Part shown: piece by piece, positions 49,273-60,200 of the stretch
Numbering within the stretch: the first letter of the stretch is position 1
Layout: each line of letters begins with the position of its first letter
From: an uncultured Desulfosarcina sp.
GTDB taxonomy: Bacteria > Desulfobacterota > Desulfobacteria > Desulfobacterales > Desulfosarcinaceae
NCBI GenBank assembly: GCA_963674945.2
Contig: CAXXWQ010000004.1
Span: forward strand, 384,001-448,000
Length of the DNA stretch: 64,000 nucleotides
Direction of reading: 5' to 3'
Translations under genes and position numbers: made by a program
Notes under the pieces: model-generated
The model's database searches: none
Told to the model about the DNA's origin: nothing
The model's input: only the letters and a program-made list of their open reading frames with translations

Positions 49273-51020
49273 AGCGCTGGATTCGATTGAAAGGACTCAT
49301 CGCTTTCATCGCCGTTGTCGCAGCCATCGTTCTCCTATGGGTACTGGTGGTGGATACGGTGGTACGGCGCGTCATAGAACAAACCGGGACCCGTGTCGTC
49401 GGCGCCCGGGTAGACCTGGCCGATGCAGACCTGACCCTGTTTCCTACCGGTCTGACGCTGACCGGCCTTGCGGTCACCAACCCCGACAAACCAATGAAAA
49501 ACGCCGTGGAGATCCAGACGATGAAGATGGACCTGGATCCGGCATACCTGATCAAACGAAAGGTGATCGTCAACAACATGATCGTAGCGGGACTCTCCTT
49601 TAATACGGATCGCAGGACCTCCGGTGCGATTCCACGACCCCAAAAGCCAAAAGAAGAGGAAAACGGCAGGGAAACGTCGGAAAACAGCTGTGGCAAGTTC
49701 TCCATGCCCGATCTTTCCCGTACCGATGTGGCGACCATTTTGGCCAAGGAACAGCTCGCGTCCGTGGAGCAGGCCAAGACCCTGCAAGCAGAGATAAAGG
49801 CGGATGAAAAACGCTGGGAAAAGAGACTGACCGAACTGGCCGACAAAAAAAAGCTGGCCGATTATCAAAAACGGGTGGAGAAACTGAAAGGGACCGGTGG
49901 ATCACTGGGCGCCATCCTGGGGGCGGCCGGAGATGTGCAACAACTGCAGGCGGACATACAACGGGACTTGAATCATCTGAAGCAGGCCCAAACTGATTTC
50001 AAGAAGGACCTGAATCGGTATCAAGGAAAAGTTCAGAAGCTTTCCAAGGCGCCCCTTGGCGACATCAACCGGCTCATGGAAAAGTATAGCATCTCGCCCA
50101 AAGGCATGGACAATCTCAGCCAGCTGATTTTCGGCCAGCCGTTGTGCGGATGGATGAAGACCCTTTGGGAAACCTATGAAACGATAAAGCCCTATCTTCC
50201 CGAAACGTCCCCGAAAACAGATGACGCGCCCGAGGTTAAAAAACCGTTGCGGGGCAAGGGAATCGACATCAAATTCCCCGAGGTTCCCCCCATGCCCGAC
50301 TTCCTCATCCGCAATCTGAAAATCAATGCCCTCGTGGCGGCGGGAGACCTGACGGGCAAGGCGGAAAACATCACCTTCGCGCAGCATATCCTGGGCAGTC
50401 CCACGACCTTTGCCTTTTTGGGTAAAGAGATGAAAAACATCGAAGCCTTGAGCCTGATCGGCAGCGCCGACTATGTCAAACCCGATAGACCCAAAAACAG
50501 CGTCCGGCTGTCGCTGCAGGGTCTGGCCGTAAAAGATATCGTGTTGGTCGACCAGGCCGCCTTCCCCTTGACCCTTTCGCGGGCTACCAGCCAGCTGAAG
50601 GCGAATATGGCCACCGAAAAAGACGCCATCCATGGGACCATTACGGCCGACTTCGGCAATGTCACTTTTAACACGGCATCGGACAAGCCGAAATCGCAGA
50701 TTGCCGAGGCCATGGGAGACGCACTTTCCAGGGTAAAACAGTTCTCCGTCCATGCGACCATCGACGGCACCTTCGATGAGTATTCCATCAACGCCGACTC
50801 CAACCTGGACAAGGTGTTGCAATCCGCTTTAGGAAGTCTGGTAAAAAAAGAGGCCGCCAAATTCCAGGCAGCCCTTACCAGACAGATCAACGCCAAATTT
50901 CAAGACCCCCTGACCCAGGCCAAACAGAGCGTGGCCGGCCTGGAAGATATCGAGGCGGAACTTGCCAGGCGGCTCGATCTGGGAGACGACCTGCGAAAGG
51001 GACTGAAGCTGCCCTTCTGA
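49269..51020 (+). CDS. TIGR03545-family (AsmA-like N-terminus) protein
   Basis: MKRWIRLKGL + TM, VVGARVDL, AVTNPDKPMKN, RRTSGA, RGKGIDIKF..PDFL; ATG 49269 overlaps upstream stop. Confidence 0.8.
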   Translation: MKRWIRLKGLIAFIAVVAAIVLLWVLVVDTVVRRVIEQTGTRVVGARVDLADADLTLFPTGLTLTGLAVTNPDKPMKNAVEIQTMKMDLDPAYLIKRKVIVNNMIVAGLSFNTDRRTSGAIPRPQKPKEEENGRETSENSCGKFSMPDLSRTDVATILAKEQLASVEQAKTLQAEIKADEKRWEKRLTELADKKKLADYQKRVEKLKGTGGSLGAILGAAGDVQQLQADIQRDLNHLKQAQTDFKKDLNRYQGKVQKLSKAPLGDINRLMEKYSISPKGMDNLSQLIFGQPLCGWMKTLWETYETIKPYLPETSPKTDDAPEVKKPLRGKGIDIKFPEVPPMPDFLIRNLKINALVAAGDLTGKAENITFAQHILGSPTTFAFLGKEMKNIEALSLIGSADYVKPDRPKNSVRLSLQGLAVKDIVLVDQAAFPLTLSRATSQLKANMATEKDAIHGTITADFGNVTFNTASDKPKSQIAEAMGDALSRVKQFSVHATIDGTFDEYSINADSNLDKVLQSALGSLVKKEAAKFQAALTRQINAKFQDPLTQAKQSVAGLEDIEAELARRLDLGDDLRKGLKLPF

Positions 51021-51036
51021 TCCTGACGTTGGTTGT

Positions 51037-51204
51037 CTATCCGTTGTTCATTTCCGCGTTTTGCGGTTTGGCGCTCTCAACGACTCTGGTCAGAAATTTT
51101 GGTCTGGTGACAAAAATCAGGGCAGGTAATAACGTCAGCGCAGCCAGAGAGGAGTACACCGTGTTACCGATCATCAACGTTCCCACAAACCGGTTTCCGG
51201 CCAG
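51037..51204 (-). pseudogene. 3'-end remnant (56 codons) of a third MMPL paralog
   Basis: Translates LAGNRFVGTLMIGNTVYSSLAALTLLPALIFVTRPKFLTRVVESAKPQNAEMNNG*, closely matching the C-terminus of 57276-60812; nothing upstream. Confidence 0.85.
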
Positions 51205-51248
51205 AAAATTCGATTTGAAATTCGCTCCACTTCAGCTACAGAGCTGAC

Positions 51249-51264
51249 GGCGAGTTCCATGCCA
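51249..51264 (-). promoter_or_regulatory. sigma54-type promoter (copy 1), now pointing at the MMPL remnant
   Basis: Minus strand TGGCATGGAACTCGCC with GG-N10-GC; positionally homologous to 63272-63287. Confidence 0.62.
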
Positions 51265-51281
51265 TGATTTTTTATTTATAT

Positions 51282-51377
51282 ATTCAATATGTTGTGTAGT
51301 TTTTCTTCTCTTACAACCATATGTGGTAGAAAACAATAACCAAATATGTTATATAATATTGTTTTACTAAATATCGT
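51282..51377. promoter_or_regulatory. IHF-like site plus three 12-bp pseudo-palindromic boxes (putative activator UAS), copy 1
   Basis: ATTCAATATGTTG (51282); ACCATATGTGGT (51316), ACCAAATATGTT (51339), ACTAAATATCGT (51366). Confidence 0.6.
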
Positions 51378-51436
51378 GTATTCGTAATGGCATTTAATTA
51401 AAATCGCGCAGCAAGCGATAATACCAAATTTCCCAA

Positions 51437-53014
51437 ATGTTGAATGTGCCCACCAAAGAACAGTTTTTTATTGAAGCGATCCGGCATTTTTGCAGCAGTC
51501 TGGATATTACAACTGCTCTTCGTCGATTGTTCGATTACCTAAGCGTAGTTATGCCGCTGGATTATCTCACCATCGGCGTTATGGAATTAGAGTTAAAACG
51601 CTTCAGACAAATAGCAGAGACCACGGCAAAATACTCGATTTATGTAAATGATAATTATATCGTCCATGATAAAATCATCGAGTTCTCCAGATCCTGGGGA
51701 GAGTATAAACCCACTTTTTTCAACGATGTGGCGGCCGATGATAATCTTAAATATAGCTTGGATGGGCACTCGCCACATTTACGTGAAATGTTCGCCGATA
51801 AAAAAATATCAAGTCTGAATCTAAGGCTGTTGATTGATGGGGCGTGGATTGGGTCCATTAATATGTTAGCTTCTGGAGTGAATCAATATACCCAGGAACA
51901 TGCCGACCTGTTGGAACCATTGCAAGAGCCATTTGCGCTAGTTCTCTCTAATTGCTTACAATTTCAGGAAGTTGTAAGATTACAAGAAGTATTGACGGAA
52001 GACAACCGTCATCTCCGCCAGGAACTGCAGGAGACCTCAAACGAGGTGATCGGAAAGAACCATGGTCTTAAGAATGTCATGGAGATAGCGGCGCAAACCG
52101 CCCCCAGAGAGAATCCGGTACTACTGTTGGGGGAAACCGGTACCGGAAAAGAGGTCATCGCCAATGCCATCCACTATTCATCACCGAGACGAAACAAGCC
52201 GTTTGTCACGGTGAATTGCGGCGCCATTCCCGATAGTCTCATCGACAGCGAATTGTTCGGTCATGAAAAAGGCGCTTTCACCGGCGCGGTCAAGCAAAAG
52301 CGGGGGCGATTCGAGCGGGCCGACCGGGGAACCATCTTTTTGGATGAGATCGGCGAATTGCCGCCGAAGGCGCAGGTTCGCCTGCTGAGAGTGATCCAAA
52401 ACAAGGAGATTGAACGGGTGGGAGGAACGGAAACCCTGCCGGTAGACATCCGGATTATCGCCGCCACCCATAGGGATCTGTCCGTAATGGTGGAAAAAAA
52501 TGAATTCAGGGAAGATCTCTATTATCGGTTGAATGTTCTTCCCATCGTGATTCCGCCATTGCGGCAGCGAAAAATTGACATCCCCGAATTTGTCCGCCAC
52601 TTTCTCGATAAGAAAGCAAAAGAGCTGAAGCTGAAACAGATTCCCAAACTGGCCCCGGGAACGCTGGAGCCCCTGATCGCCTATGGATGGCCCGGCAATG
52701 TCCGGGAACTGGAAAATGTGGTGGAACGTGCGTTGATCCGATATCGCGGCGGATTGCTTTCTCTGGATGATTTTCTCTCTCCACAGGATCAAGCGAAAAA
52801 CAACATCGGACCGGATCCTCTGCAGATACCTCCCTTTGATCAAATGGTAAAAGAGTATATCTTGCAGGCATTGCGACATACGGGCGGAAAAATCAGTGGA
52901 GAAAATGGGGCCGCCACCCTGATGGGGATGCATCCCAACACCTTACGGGGTAAAATGAAAAAGCTGGAACTCCTCTCGCCGAAAAACCGATTGCGATCAA
53001 GAAAAAACCCCTAA
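51437..53014 (+). CDS. sigma54-dependent enhancer-binding protein (GAF-like + AAA+ + Fis HTH; FhlA-like)
   Basis: GETGTGKE, ELFGHEKGAFTGA, FLDEIGEL, FREDLYYRLNV, WPGNVRELEN, GAATLMGMHPNTLRGKMKKL. Confidence 0.95.
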   Translation: MLNVPTKEQFFIEAIRHFCSSLDITTALRRLFDYLSVVMPLDYLTIGVMELELKRFRQIAETTAKYSIYVNDNYIVHDKIIEFSRSWGEYKPTFFNDVAADDNLKYSLDGHSPHLREMFADKKISSLNLRLLIDGAWIGSINMLASGVNQYTQEHADLLEPLQEPFALVLSNCLQFQEVVRLQEVLTEDNRHLRQELQETSNEVIGKNHGLKNVMEIAAQTAPRENPVLLLGETGTGKEVIANAIHYSSPRRNKPFVTVNCGAIPDSLIDSELFGHEKGAFTGAVKQKRGRFERADRGTIFLDEIGELPPKAQVRLLRVIQNKEIERVGGTETLPVDIRIIAATHRDLSVMVEKNEFREDLYYRLNVLPIVIPPLRQRKIDIPEFVRHFLDKKAKELKLKQIPKLAPGTLEPLIAYGWPGNVRELENVVERALIRYRGGLLSLDDFLSPQDQAKNNIGPDPLQIPPFDQMVKEYILQALRHTGGKISGENGAATLMGMHPNTLRGKMKKLELLSPKNRLRSRKNP

Positions 53015-53243
53015 AACACTTTTCCATGCCAACTATGGCCAAACAATCGCATGCAAGAAACTCGTTATCATTCTCTTTTCAAATAGAGGGAAACCCTTTT
53101 TATCAAAAAGTCCTTTTTAATTGGAATAATGAACGAGTTCCTTAGAAGTCTTTTTGCTTTGTGTTACTGAAAGAGTTCCGCAAAAGATTGAACCGGGCCG
53201 ATGCCCGACCTCCTGTAAGGGCGCGTTCGCAAGGTGTCATACA

Positions 53244-56200
53244 TCAACCTGTTTGCAGTAATTTGGCCAGGAATTTCGGCTTGGTGACAAAAATCAGGGC
53301 CGGCAAGAGCGTCAACGCCGCGATAGCGCTGTAGGCCATGGTTCCCACCATCAGTATCCCCATGAGTCGCGAAGCGGCCATGACGGATAACGCCAGCACG
53401 GAAAACCCGGCCGCCACGGAAGCGGCGTTGATGATGATCGCTTTTCCCGTTGAACGAATGGTGTTGAGATAGGCATCTTCAAACGTATCCCCTTGCCTCA
53501 ACTGGGCCTTGAAACGTTCGAGAAAATGGATGGTGTAATCGATGCCGATTCCGAGGGATATCGCCGCCACCATGGCCGTCGCGGTGTGAATCTTCCAGCC
53601 CATCAGCAAAATCATCCCAAAATTGGCCATGATGGTGAACAAAAGCGGAATCAATGAAAAGAGGCCGCCGATGGAGGATCTGAAGATAAAAAAGGTGACG
53701 ATGAAAATAAAGACGATGGCCTGGGCGATACTGGTGATTTGAGATTTTATCACCAGGCTGGTCAGCGCCATGATCTCCATGTTATGCCCGCCAAGGGAGA
53801 TGGATTCGATATACGGATTATCTTCGGGAAATTCTCGCGCCAAGATCTCCTTTATCTCCTCGACATATACCGTATTGAAAGTGGTCAGGGTTTTTCTGGC
53901 CGCTATGGAAAATTGAAACTCCTTGAAATCGGGGCTGACGATTCGGTCGAAACCTTCCCTGTCCGAGTTCTGCGCCTGGTTCAGCGCGACACCGATGACG
54001 CCTCTGTCGGTCAGCCTGGCATCGCCCAGGTTGTCCGTGCGTGTATCCGGGATCTTTCGAAAACCGGGATTCCCGTCATGATAGAAGAGGCTGTATGTTT
54101 TGCGTATCAGGTCCACCGGCCCCATGACGAATCCGGTGGGGCCGACCCAAGCGTCCCCGCGATCCACCTTCGGTTCATGCAACGCAAACAATTGCTGCCG
54201 CAACGCTTCGAGCTTGTGAAGCACGAAGGGCTGTTTGACATCAGCGACGAAAAGATCCTGCAGCTCATTCCAGGAACGGACCATGGGTGTCCCCATGGGC
54301 GTTTGTTTCAGGTCTCGGAGTCTTGCAATCGATTCCCCCGTGCGCTCCCAGTTTTCCTCCGGCTGGCCAAGCCGCCGATTCAGTTCCTTCAATCCGCTGA
54401 TTTGACCGGCGTTATAGCCGCCGAATGCGGCGCTCGCGCCAAGGCTGGCAGTGACGTGCGCGGTTTCCGCCAGTTCCGCCAAACCATCCAGCCCCGAGGC
54501 CGAATCATCATTTTCCGACAACGCGTCGAGATCGGAACCGGCCGATTCGGGGGCCGTCAGGCTTTCCTCCGGCATCTTTTCGGCGACATACTCCTCATTC
54601 AACAGATCGTTCATCAGCGCGATGGCCCGATCCATTTTTCGGTCATCCGGTTCCGCCTGCCTGAACCGTTGCATCATGTCGCCGACGAAGTCATTCATGA
54701 CCGGGTCATCACCAAGGGCCTTGCTGGAGAACAACTGCCGCCAGGCTGCGGCGAAAGCTTCGCTCCGCTGATGAAGTTGATCCTGCACCCATTCGTTTTC
54801 CAGGTTGACCCGGTCCCTGAATGTGAACAGCAGTTTGATTTCACCAACCCCGATCAGGTAACGGTTGATAAAATCGGTGCTCTGTCGAATGGGATGGTCT
54901 TTTTTGAATTCGTCATCCGGGCTTCCTTCGAACTCGAGGTTTTTGATCTTAACGACACATACGACCGCAATCAAAGCAAAAACCACGATTACGGTCTTGG
55001 GGTATTTTTTCACCACCGTTGACCAAAAGACCAGGACGCTTTCCAAAACACCGGAAGGCGCCTCATCCTTTTTTTCATCCGCTGATTTTTTTTGGCGGGG
55101 GAGTTTCCAGTAGCACAGAATCGCCGGGCTGAGGGTCAGCGTCAGCAAAAGTGCCACGACGATGCCAAACGCCGAAAACACGGAATAGTGCCGAATCATC
55201 AACATTGAGGTGGATGACAGGGAGATGAAGCCCGCAAATGTCGTGATGCCCGCCATCACAATGGCCACGCCCACGCCCGCTATGGACCGGCGCAAAATCT
55301 GGCGGCGATCCGTAAGCTTCCGCGCCTCTTCCAGATATCGATTCAATAGATGGATGCCATAGGCGCTGCCAACCGCCAGCAAAACGATGGGAACATTGGA
55401 GGTGGTCGATGTAATGGGGGTACCGGTCATCGCCATGAAACCATACGTCCAGATCACGGACAAAATAACCGTAATTAACGGAATCGCCACACCCTTGACG
55501 CTTTTAAAACTAATCGCCAGCATCAAAAGGATCACGATCAGTCCGATGGGCAGCAACACCCCCATGTCTCTGCTGATGATGCGTAACATGGTGGCGATCA
55601 TCAACGGCGTCCCCGCCACATAGGTCTTACAACCGGCTGTTTCAGCGTATCGGGACAGAATCTCCTGCGTGCGATCATACACTTCCAACAGATCAACAAT
55701 TTTCTCAACATGCGGCAGGTAAAATTCCAGATTTTCGTAGCTTAACGGATCGATCCGCTCCAGGGTGAAGTCCCAAAGCTTGCTGGTAAAAAGATCCCAT
55801 GTCGCAAGGTTGGGATTTAGAAAAAAGTCCCGCTTCTGGGTAACGTTTATAATCTGTCTGAAACGATCTCGTGTGAGTTCTCTGCTCAACAACGCCTCGA
55901 GTTCAGGGTACTGGTCGGTTGCCGGTCCTAAATATTCAATCAGATGCGCCCTCAATTTCTCAGAAACGTTTTTGCAATGCCCGGCGATATATGCATCATC
56001 ATAGACCACACCGTCAATGGTCTTGCCATAGACGTCATAGGGGAAAAAAGAGGTCTTCCCCTGCAGCCGGGCCTTCAGCATTTCTGGATCCAGCGCCGTT
56101 TCCAGTTCCAGATTCGTATAGCGTCGCTTATAATCCCATTTGTTGATCATGGGTACATGAATGGCGGTCGCCTTGCCATCCGTGGAGAGCATATTTCCGC

Positions 56201-56777
56201 GAAACAGCCGGTCTTGCAGGACGTGATCCTGCAAAGGGGGGATGATTTTCAGTAAATCCTCATCCGATTGGGGCAATGCCGCCTCATTCTCTTCGGTGAA
56301 AAAAATACCCGATTCCTCCTTTAGTTTTTTGATAACACTGCCGGTGACGACCGCACCGGTTTCCTTGTCCAGGATGCCGTCCTCCAATCCGGAGACGCTG
56401 TTGATATCATCGATGTCGATCCCTATGGGCAACTCGATCGTCTCTGTTTTTCCGGTCAGTTTGCTGTCGATGGTTTTTCTCGTTTTCAGGGCCTTCATCT
56501 CGTCGACGATACCCTCGATGGCGCGCAGTACGACCGGATTCATGACCCCTTGTTCCCGGGCCTCTATGCCGATAATAAATGTGTCGCGATAACTGTAGTT
56601 CTTTCGGTAATAGTCATTGTTTTTGACCGCCTCTATGTCCGTCGGTATGAATTTCGAGGGATCTGTCTCGATAAAGGACTTGGTATTGAACTGGTAAAGG
56701 AAATAAGCCGTTACAAAAACCACGATCAGAATAATGGTTTTGGGATAACGCGTCGAAATGTCGCCGATAATTCGCAT
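53244..56777 (-). CDS. MMPL/RND-family transporter, paralog A, with enlarged periplasmic domains
   Basis: AVGSAYGIH and GIGIDYTIHF motifs, two TM repeats; ATG 56777 with GGAG SD. Confidence 0.9.
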   Translation of the reverse strand: MRIIGDISTRYPKTIILIVVFVTAYFLYQFNTKSFIETDPSKFIPTDIEAVKNNDYYRKNYSYRDTFIIGIEAREQGVMNPVVLRAIEGIVDEMKALKTRKTIDSKLTGKTETIELPIGIDIDDINSVSGLEDGILDKETGAVVTGSVIKKLKEESGIFFTEENEAALPQSDEDLLKIIPPLQDHVLQDRLFRGNMLSTDGKATAIHVPMINKWDYKRRYTNLELETALDPEMLKARLQGKTSFFPYDVYGKTIDGVVYDDAYIAGHCKNVSEKLRAHLIEYLGPATDQYPELEALLSRELTRDRFRQIINVTQKRDFFLNPNLATWDLFTSKLWDFTLERIDPLSYENLEFYLPHVEKIVDLLEVYDRTQEILSRYAETAGCKTYVAGTPLMIATMLRIISRDMGVLLPIGLIVILLMLAISFKSVKGVAIPLITVILSVIWTYGFMAMTGTPITSTTSNVPIVLLAVGSAYGIHLLNRYLEEARKLTDRRQILRRSIAGVGVAIVMAGITTFAGFISLSSTSMLMIRHYSVFSAFGIVVALLLTLTLSPAILCYWKLPRQKKSADEKKDEAPSGVLESVLVFWSTVVKKYPKTVIVVFALIAVVCVVKIKNLEFEGSPDDEFKKDHPIRQSTDFINRYLIGVGEIKLLFTFRDRVNLENEWVQDQLHQRSEAFAAAWRQLFSSKALGDDPVMNDFVGDMMQRFRQAEPDDRKMDRAIALMNDLLNEEYVAEKMPEESLTAPESAGSDLDALSENDDSASGLDGLAELAETAHVTASLGASAAFGGYNAGQISGLKELNRRLGQPEENWERTGESIARLRDLKQTPMGTPMVRSWNELQDLFVADVKQPFVLHKLEALRQQLFALHEPKVDRGDAWVGPTGFVMGPVDLIRKTYSLFYHDGNPGFRKIPDTRTDNLGDARLTDRGVIGVALNQAQNSDREGFDRIVSPDFKEFQFSIAARKTLTTFNTVYVEEIKEILAREFPEDNPYIESISLGGHNMEIMALTSLVIKSQITSIAQAIVFIFIVTFFIFRSSIGGLFSLIPLLFTIMANFGMILLMGWKIHTATAMVAAISLGIGIDYTIHFLERFKAQLRQGDTFEDAYLNTIRSTGKAIIINAASVAAGFSVLALSVMAASRLMGILMVGTMAYSAIAALTLLPALIFVTKPKFLAKLLQTG

Positions 56778-56909
56778 CGCAAACAAACTCCATTCACAAA
56801 AGGTTATCGTTGCAGCAACGAGTGAGTCGAAATCTGCTCAGCCACGATAAAAATCGCAAAACGATCTTCAGCGGGTTGTCTCAACTCACAACTTCCGTAT
56901 ATCAATGTT

Positions 56910-57061
56910 GATGAACTCGTAAAAAGTCGCTGTTCGGACGGATTCGTAAAAAGCCCGAGATCAAGGCTTGCGAGTCCTTAAGGAATGAGGCGTACTGATC
57001 GTACTCCGCAGTGACGAAGGATGAAGCGTAACGCCGATATCGGACTTTTTACGAATCCGTC
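56910..57061. mobile_element. 152-bp non-autonomous MITE/REP-like element with terminal inverted repeats and 6-bp flanking duplication
   Basis: Left end GATGAACTCGTAAAAAGTC, right end GACTTTTTACGAATCCGTC; internal GACGGATTCGTAAAAAG (56937-56953) is a perfect inverse of 57045-57061; AATGTT at 56904-56909 and 57062-57067. Confidence 0.75.
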
Positions 57062-57275
57062 AATGTTGCGTGTTTCCAGCGAACTTGCCCCAAGGATACA
57101 GGCGATCTGAAAAAATAAAAAAAAAGACTGTTGGCGAAGCGACCTTGATGCTGATCGCTTTTCCTTGTGGAACGAAAGGACAAGGAGAAGAATAGCCGAA
57201 ATTCGATCCTTCGGCAAGGGTTGAGATAAAACAAATCCTGAAACGGACCCCGGATACCCGAAAGCCTTCGATCGT

Positions 57276-60200
57276 CTATGGACGGCCCTGCGGTGTCGGA
57301 GAACTGGAAATTTTCGTCAGAAATCTTGGTTTGGTGGAAAAAATCAGGGCCGGCAACAGCGTCAGCGCAGCCAAGGAGCTGTATATCATGTTGCCGATCA
57401 TCAAGGTTCCGACAAAACGGTTTCCGGCCAGTTCGGATAGAAGCAACACCGCAAAACCGCCGGCCACGGAAGCGGCGTTTATGATAATCCCTTTTCCCGA
57501 AGAACGTATGGTGTTGACATAGGCCAGATGAAAGGCGTCCCCTTGTTTCAACTGGGCCTTGAAGCGCTCCAGAAAATGGATGGTGTAGTCGACGCCGACC
57601 CCGATGGATATGGCCGCCACCGTCACCGTTCCGGAATTAATTTTCCAACCCAGCGCCAAAATCATTCCGAAATTCGCCAGGATGGTGAACACCAGTGGAA
57701 TGGTCGCATAGACGCCGCCGGTAAGGGATCTGAAGATAAAGAAGGTGATGATGAGAACGAAAAGCAGCGCCTGAAGGATGCTTGACGCATGAGAGTCGAC
57801 CAAAAGATCGGTGATTTCCATTATCACCGGACTCTGGCCGCCGATGGAAATCGATTCGATATAGGGATTATCATCGGGAAATTCTCGCGCCAAAATCTCG
57901 TTTATTTTCTCGATATACGCGGCGTTGAATTCTGTCAGCATGCTTCGGATCATGATCGAATACTGGAACTCTTTCAGATCCGGGCTGATCATGCCGCTGA
58001 ACGTATCCCGGTCCGAGTTTTGCGCCTGGTTCAACGCCACCCCGATCACGCCCCTGTCGGTCATTGTGGAATCGCCCAGACGATCCGTACGGGTATCGGG
58101 GATTTTTTTGAAGGCCAGGTCGCCATCATGATAGAATAGGCTGTACATTTTTCGCACGAGATCCACCGGACCGATTGCGAATCCGGTCGGCTTCGTCATG
58201 CCTTCCCCAAGATCCACTTTGGGATCTTCCAGTGCGAATAGTTGTTCCCTTACGTTTTCCAGTCTGCGAAGCACATAGGGCTGTTTGACATCGGCGGCGA
58301 AGAGATCCTGCAGTTCATTCCAAGCACGAACCATGCGCATCCCGCCGGACGTAACTTTCAGACTGCGCAGCTTGACAATGGATTTGCCCGTTTCTTCCCA
58401 GGCGCTTTCCGGCCGTCCCAGCCTTTGCGTTACATCTTTCAACCCATTGACCTGGTCGACGCTGTAACCGCTAAACGCAGCGTTCGGGGCGGGATCGGAT
58501 GTTGACGTCCCGGTGTCCGCCAAACCAGCCAGGCTGTCCGCGCCAGACGATTCCTCAAACAGGGCGTTCAGAGCGGAGGCAGTCGTCTCAGATACCGCAT
58601 CACTTTTATCTTGGATCTCGACCGTATACTCCTCATTGAGCAGATCGTTCATCAGCGCGACGGACCGCTCCATCTTCTCGCCATCGGGCTCCGTTTGCCG
58701 AAATACCTGCATCATTTCGCCGGCAAAGGCAATCAGCGCCGAATCATCCGGGGACATCCTGCCGGATACGACCTCGCTCCAGGCGTTGGCGAAAGCTTCA
58801 CTTCGTTTATGGAGCTGGTCCCGAACCCACTCGTTTTCCAGATTGACGCGATCCCTGAATCTGAACAGCATGTTGATCTCTCCGGTTCCGGTCAGATAAC
58901 GATTGATGAAATTATCGCTCATCCGCATCGGGTGGTCCGGTCTGAAATCCTCAATCAAGCTTCCTTCGAATTGAAGATCTTTTACCTTGGCGGCGGTTAT
59001 CACCGCAATCACGGTAAAACAGGCGATTATGATTTTCGGGTACTTTTTCACCGGAGATGATAAGGCAACGAGTGTTTTTTCCAGGAAACCGTGGGGAGCT
59101 TCGTCGTCTCGATCAGCGACCTTTCGTTTTTTTCGCGGCAACCGCCAGTAGCACAGAATCGCCGGGCTGAGGGTTAGGGTGAGAAAAAGCCCCACGAGGA
59201 TGCCAAAGGCCGAAAACACGGCATAATGTCGAATCATCGTCATCGAAGAGGATGAGAGAGAAATAAATCCCGCGGAAGTGGTCAACCCCGCCATGATAAT
59301 GGCCGCCCCCACCCCCTGTATCGATCTACGCAAGATTTTACGTCGGTCCTCCAATTTTCCAGCGTCTTCATAATATCGGTTCAACAGATGGATGCCGTAA
59401 GCGCTGACAATGGCCAGCAAAACGATCGGGATGTTGGATGTGGTCGGTGAGACCGGCGTGCCGGTAAACGCCATGAAACCGAAGGTCCAGATAATGGACA
59501 GCACCACCGTAACAAACGGGATCACCACACCACTGAAGCTTCTGAAGCTGATTGTGAGCATAAACAGAACCACCAGCAGTCCGATTGGAAGCAGGAGTTT
59601 CAGATCCTTGTCGATGATCTTGAATATCACGGCGATCATCACCGGTTGCCCCGCCACATAGGTGTTTATGCCGGGGATGCTGTTCTTTTCGAGAATTTCC
59701 CGAGTGCGCGCCCACACGTCCAGCAAACTGTAGATTTGTTTGGCGTCCGGCAGTCGAAATTCCAGGTTTTCAAAACTCAAGGGGTCGATCTGCGAAGTCG
59801 TAAAATCGTATAGTTTAACGGTAAAACTATCCGAGGTCAAAAGATCGGGATTCATAAAGAAATCGCGCTCATTGGTGATGTTGATAATCTTAGTAAAACT
59901 CTCCCGTGTAAGCTCTCCGGTCATCAATTCCTTTAGTTTCGGATGTTTGGGATATGCAGGCGAAAGATACGCTTCAAGAAGATCCTTCAATCGCCTTGCG
60001 ATCTTATCTGAATGCCGGGCGATAAAGGCGTCGTCATACACCACACCGTCGATGGTCTTGCCATAGACATTGTAAGGGAAAAAAGAGGTCTTTCCCTGAA
60101 ACCGGGCCTTGAGTAAATCCGGATCCAGGGCCGTCTCCAGCTCCAGGCTGCTGTAACGTCGCTTATAATCCCATTTGTTGATCATGGGAACATGAACGAC

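Noticed and set aside
53739..55022. 427-aa plus-strand ORF
   Set aside because: Antisense shadow of MMPL paralog A.
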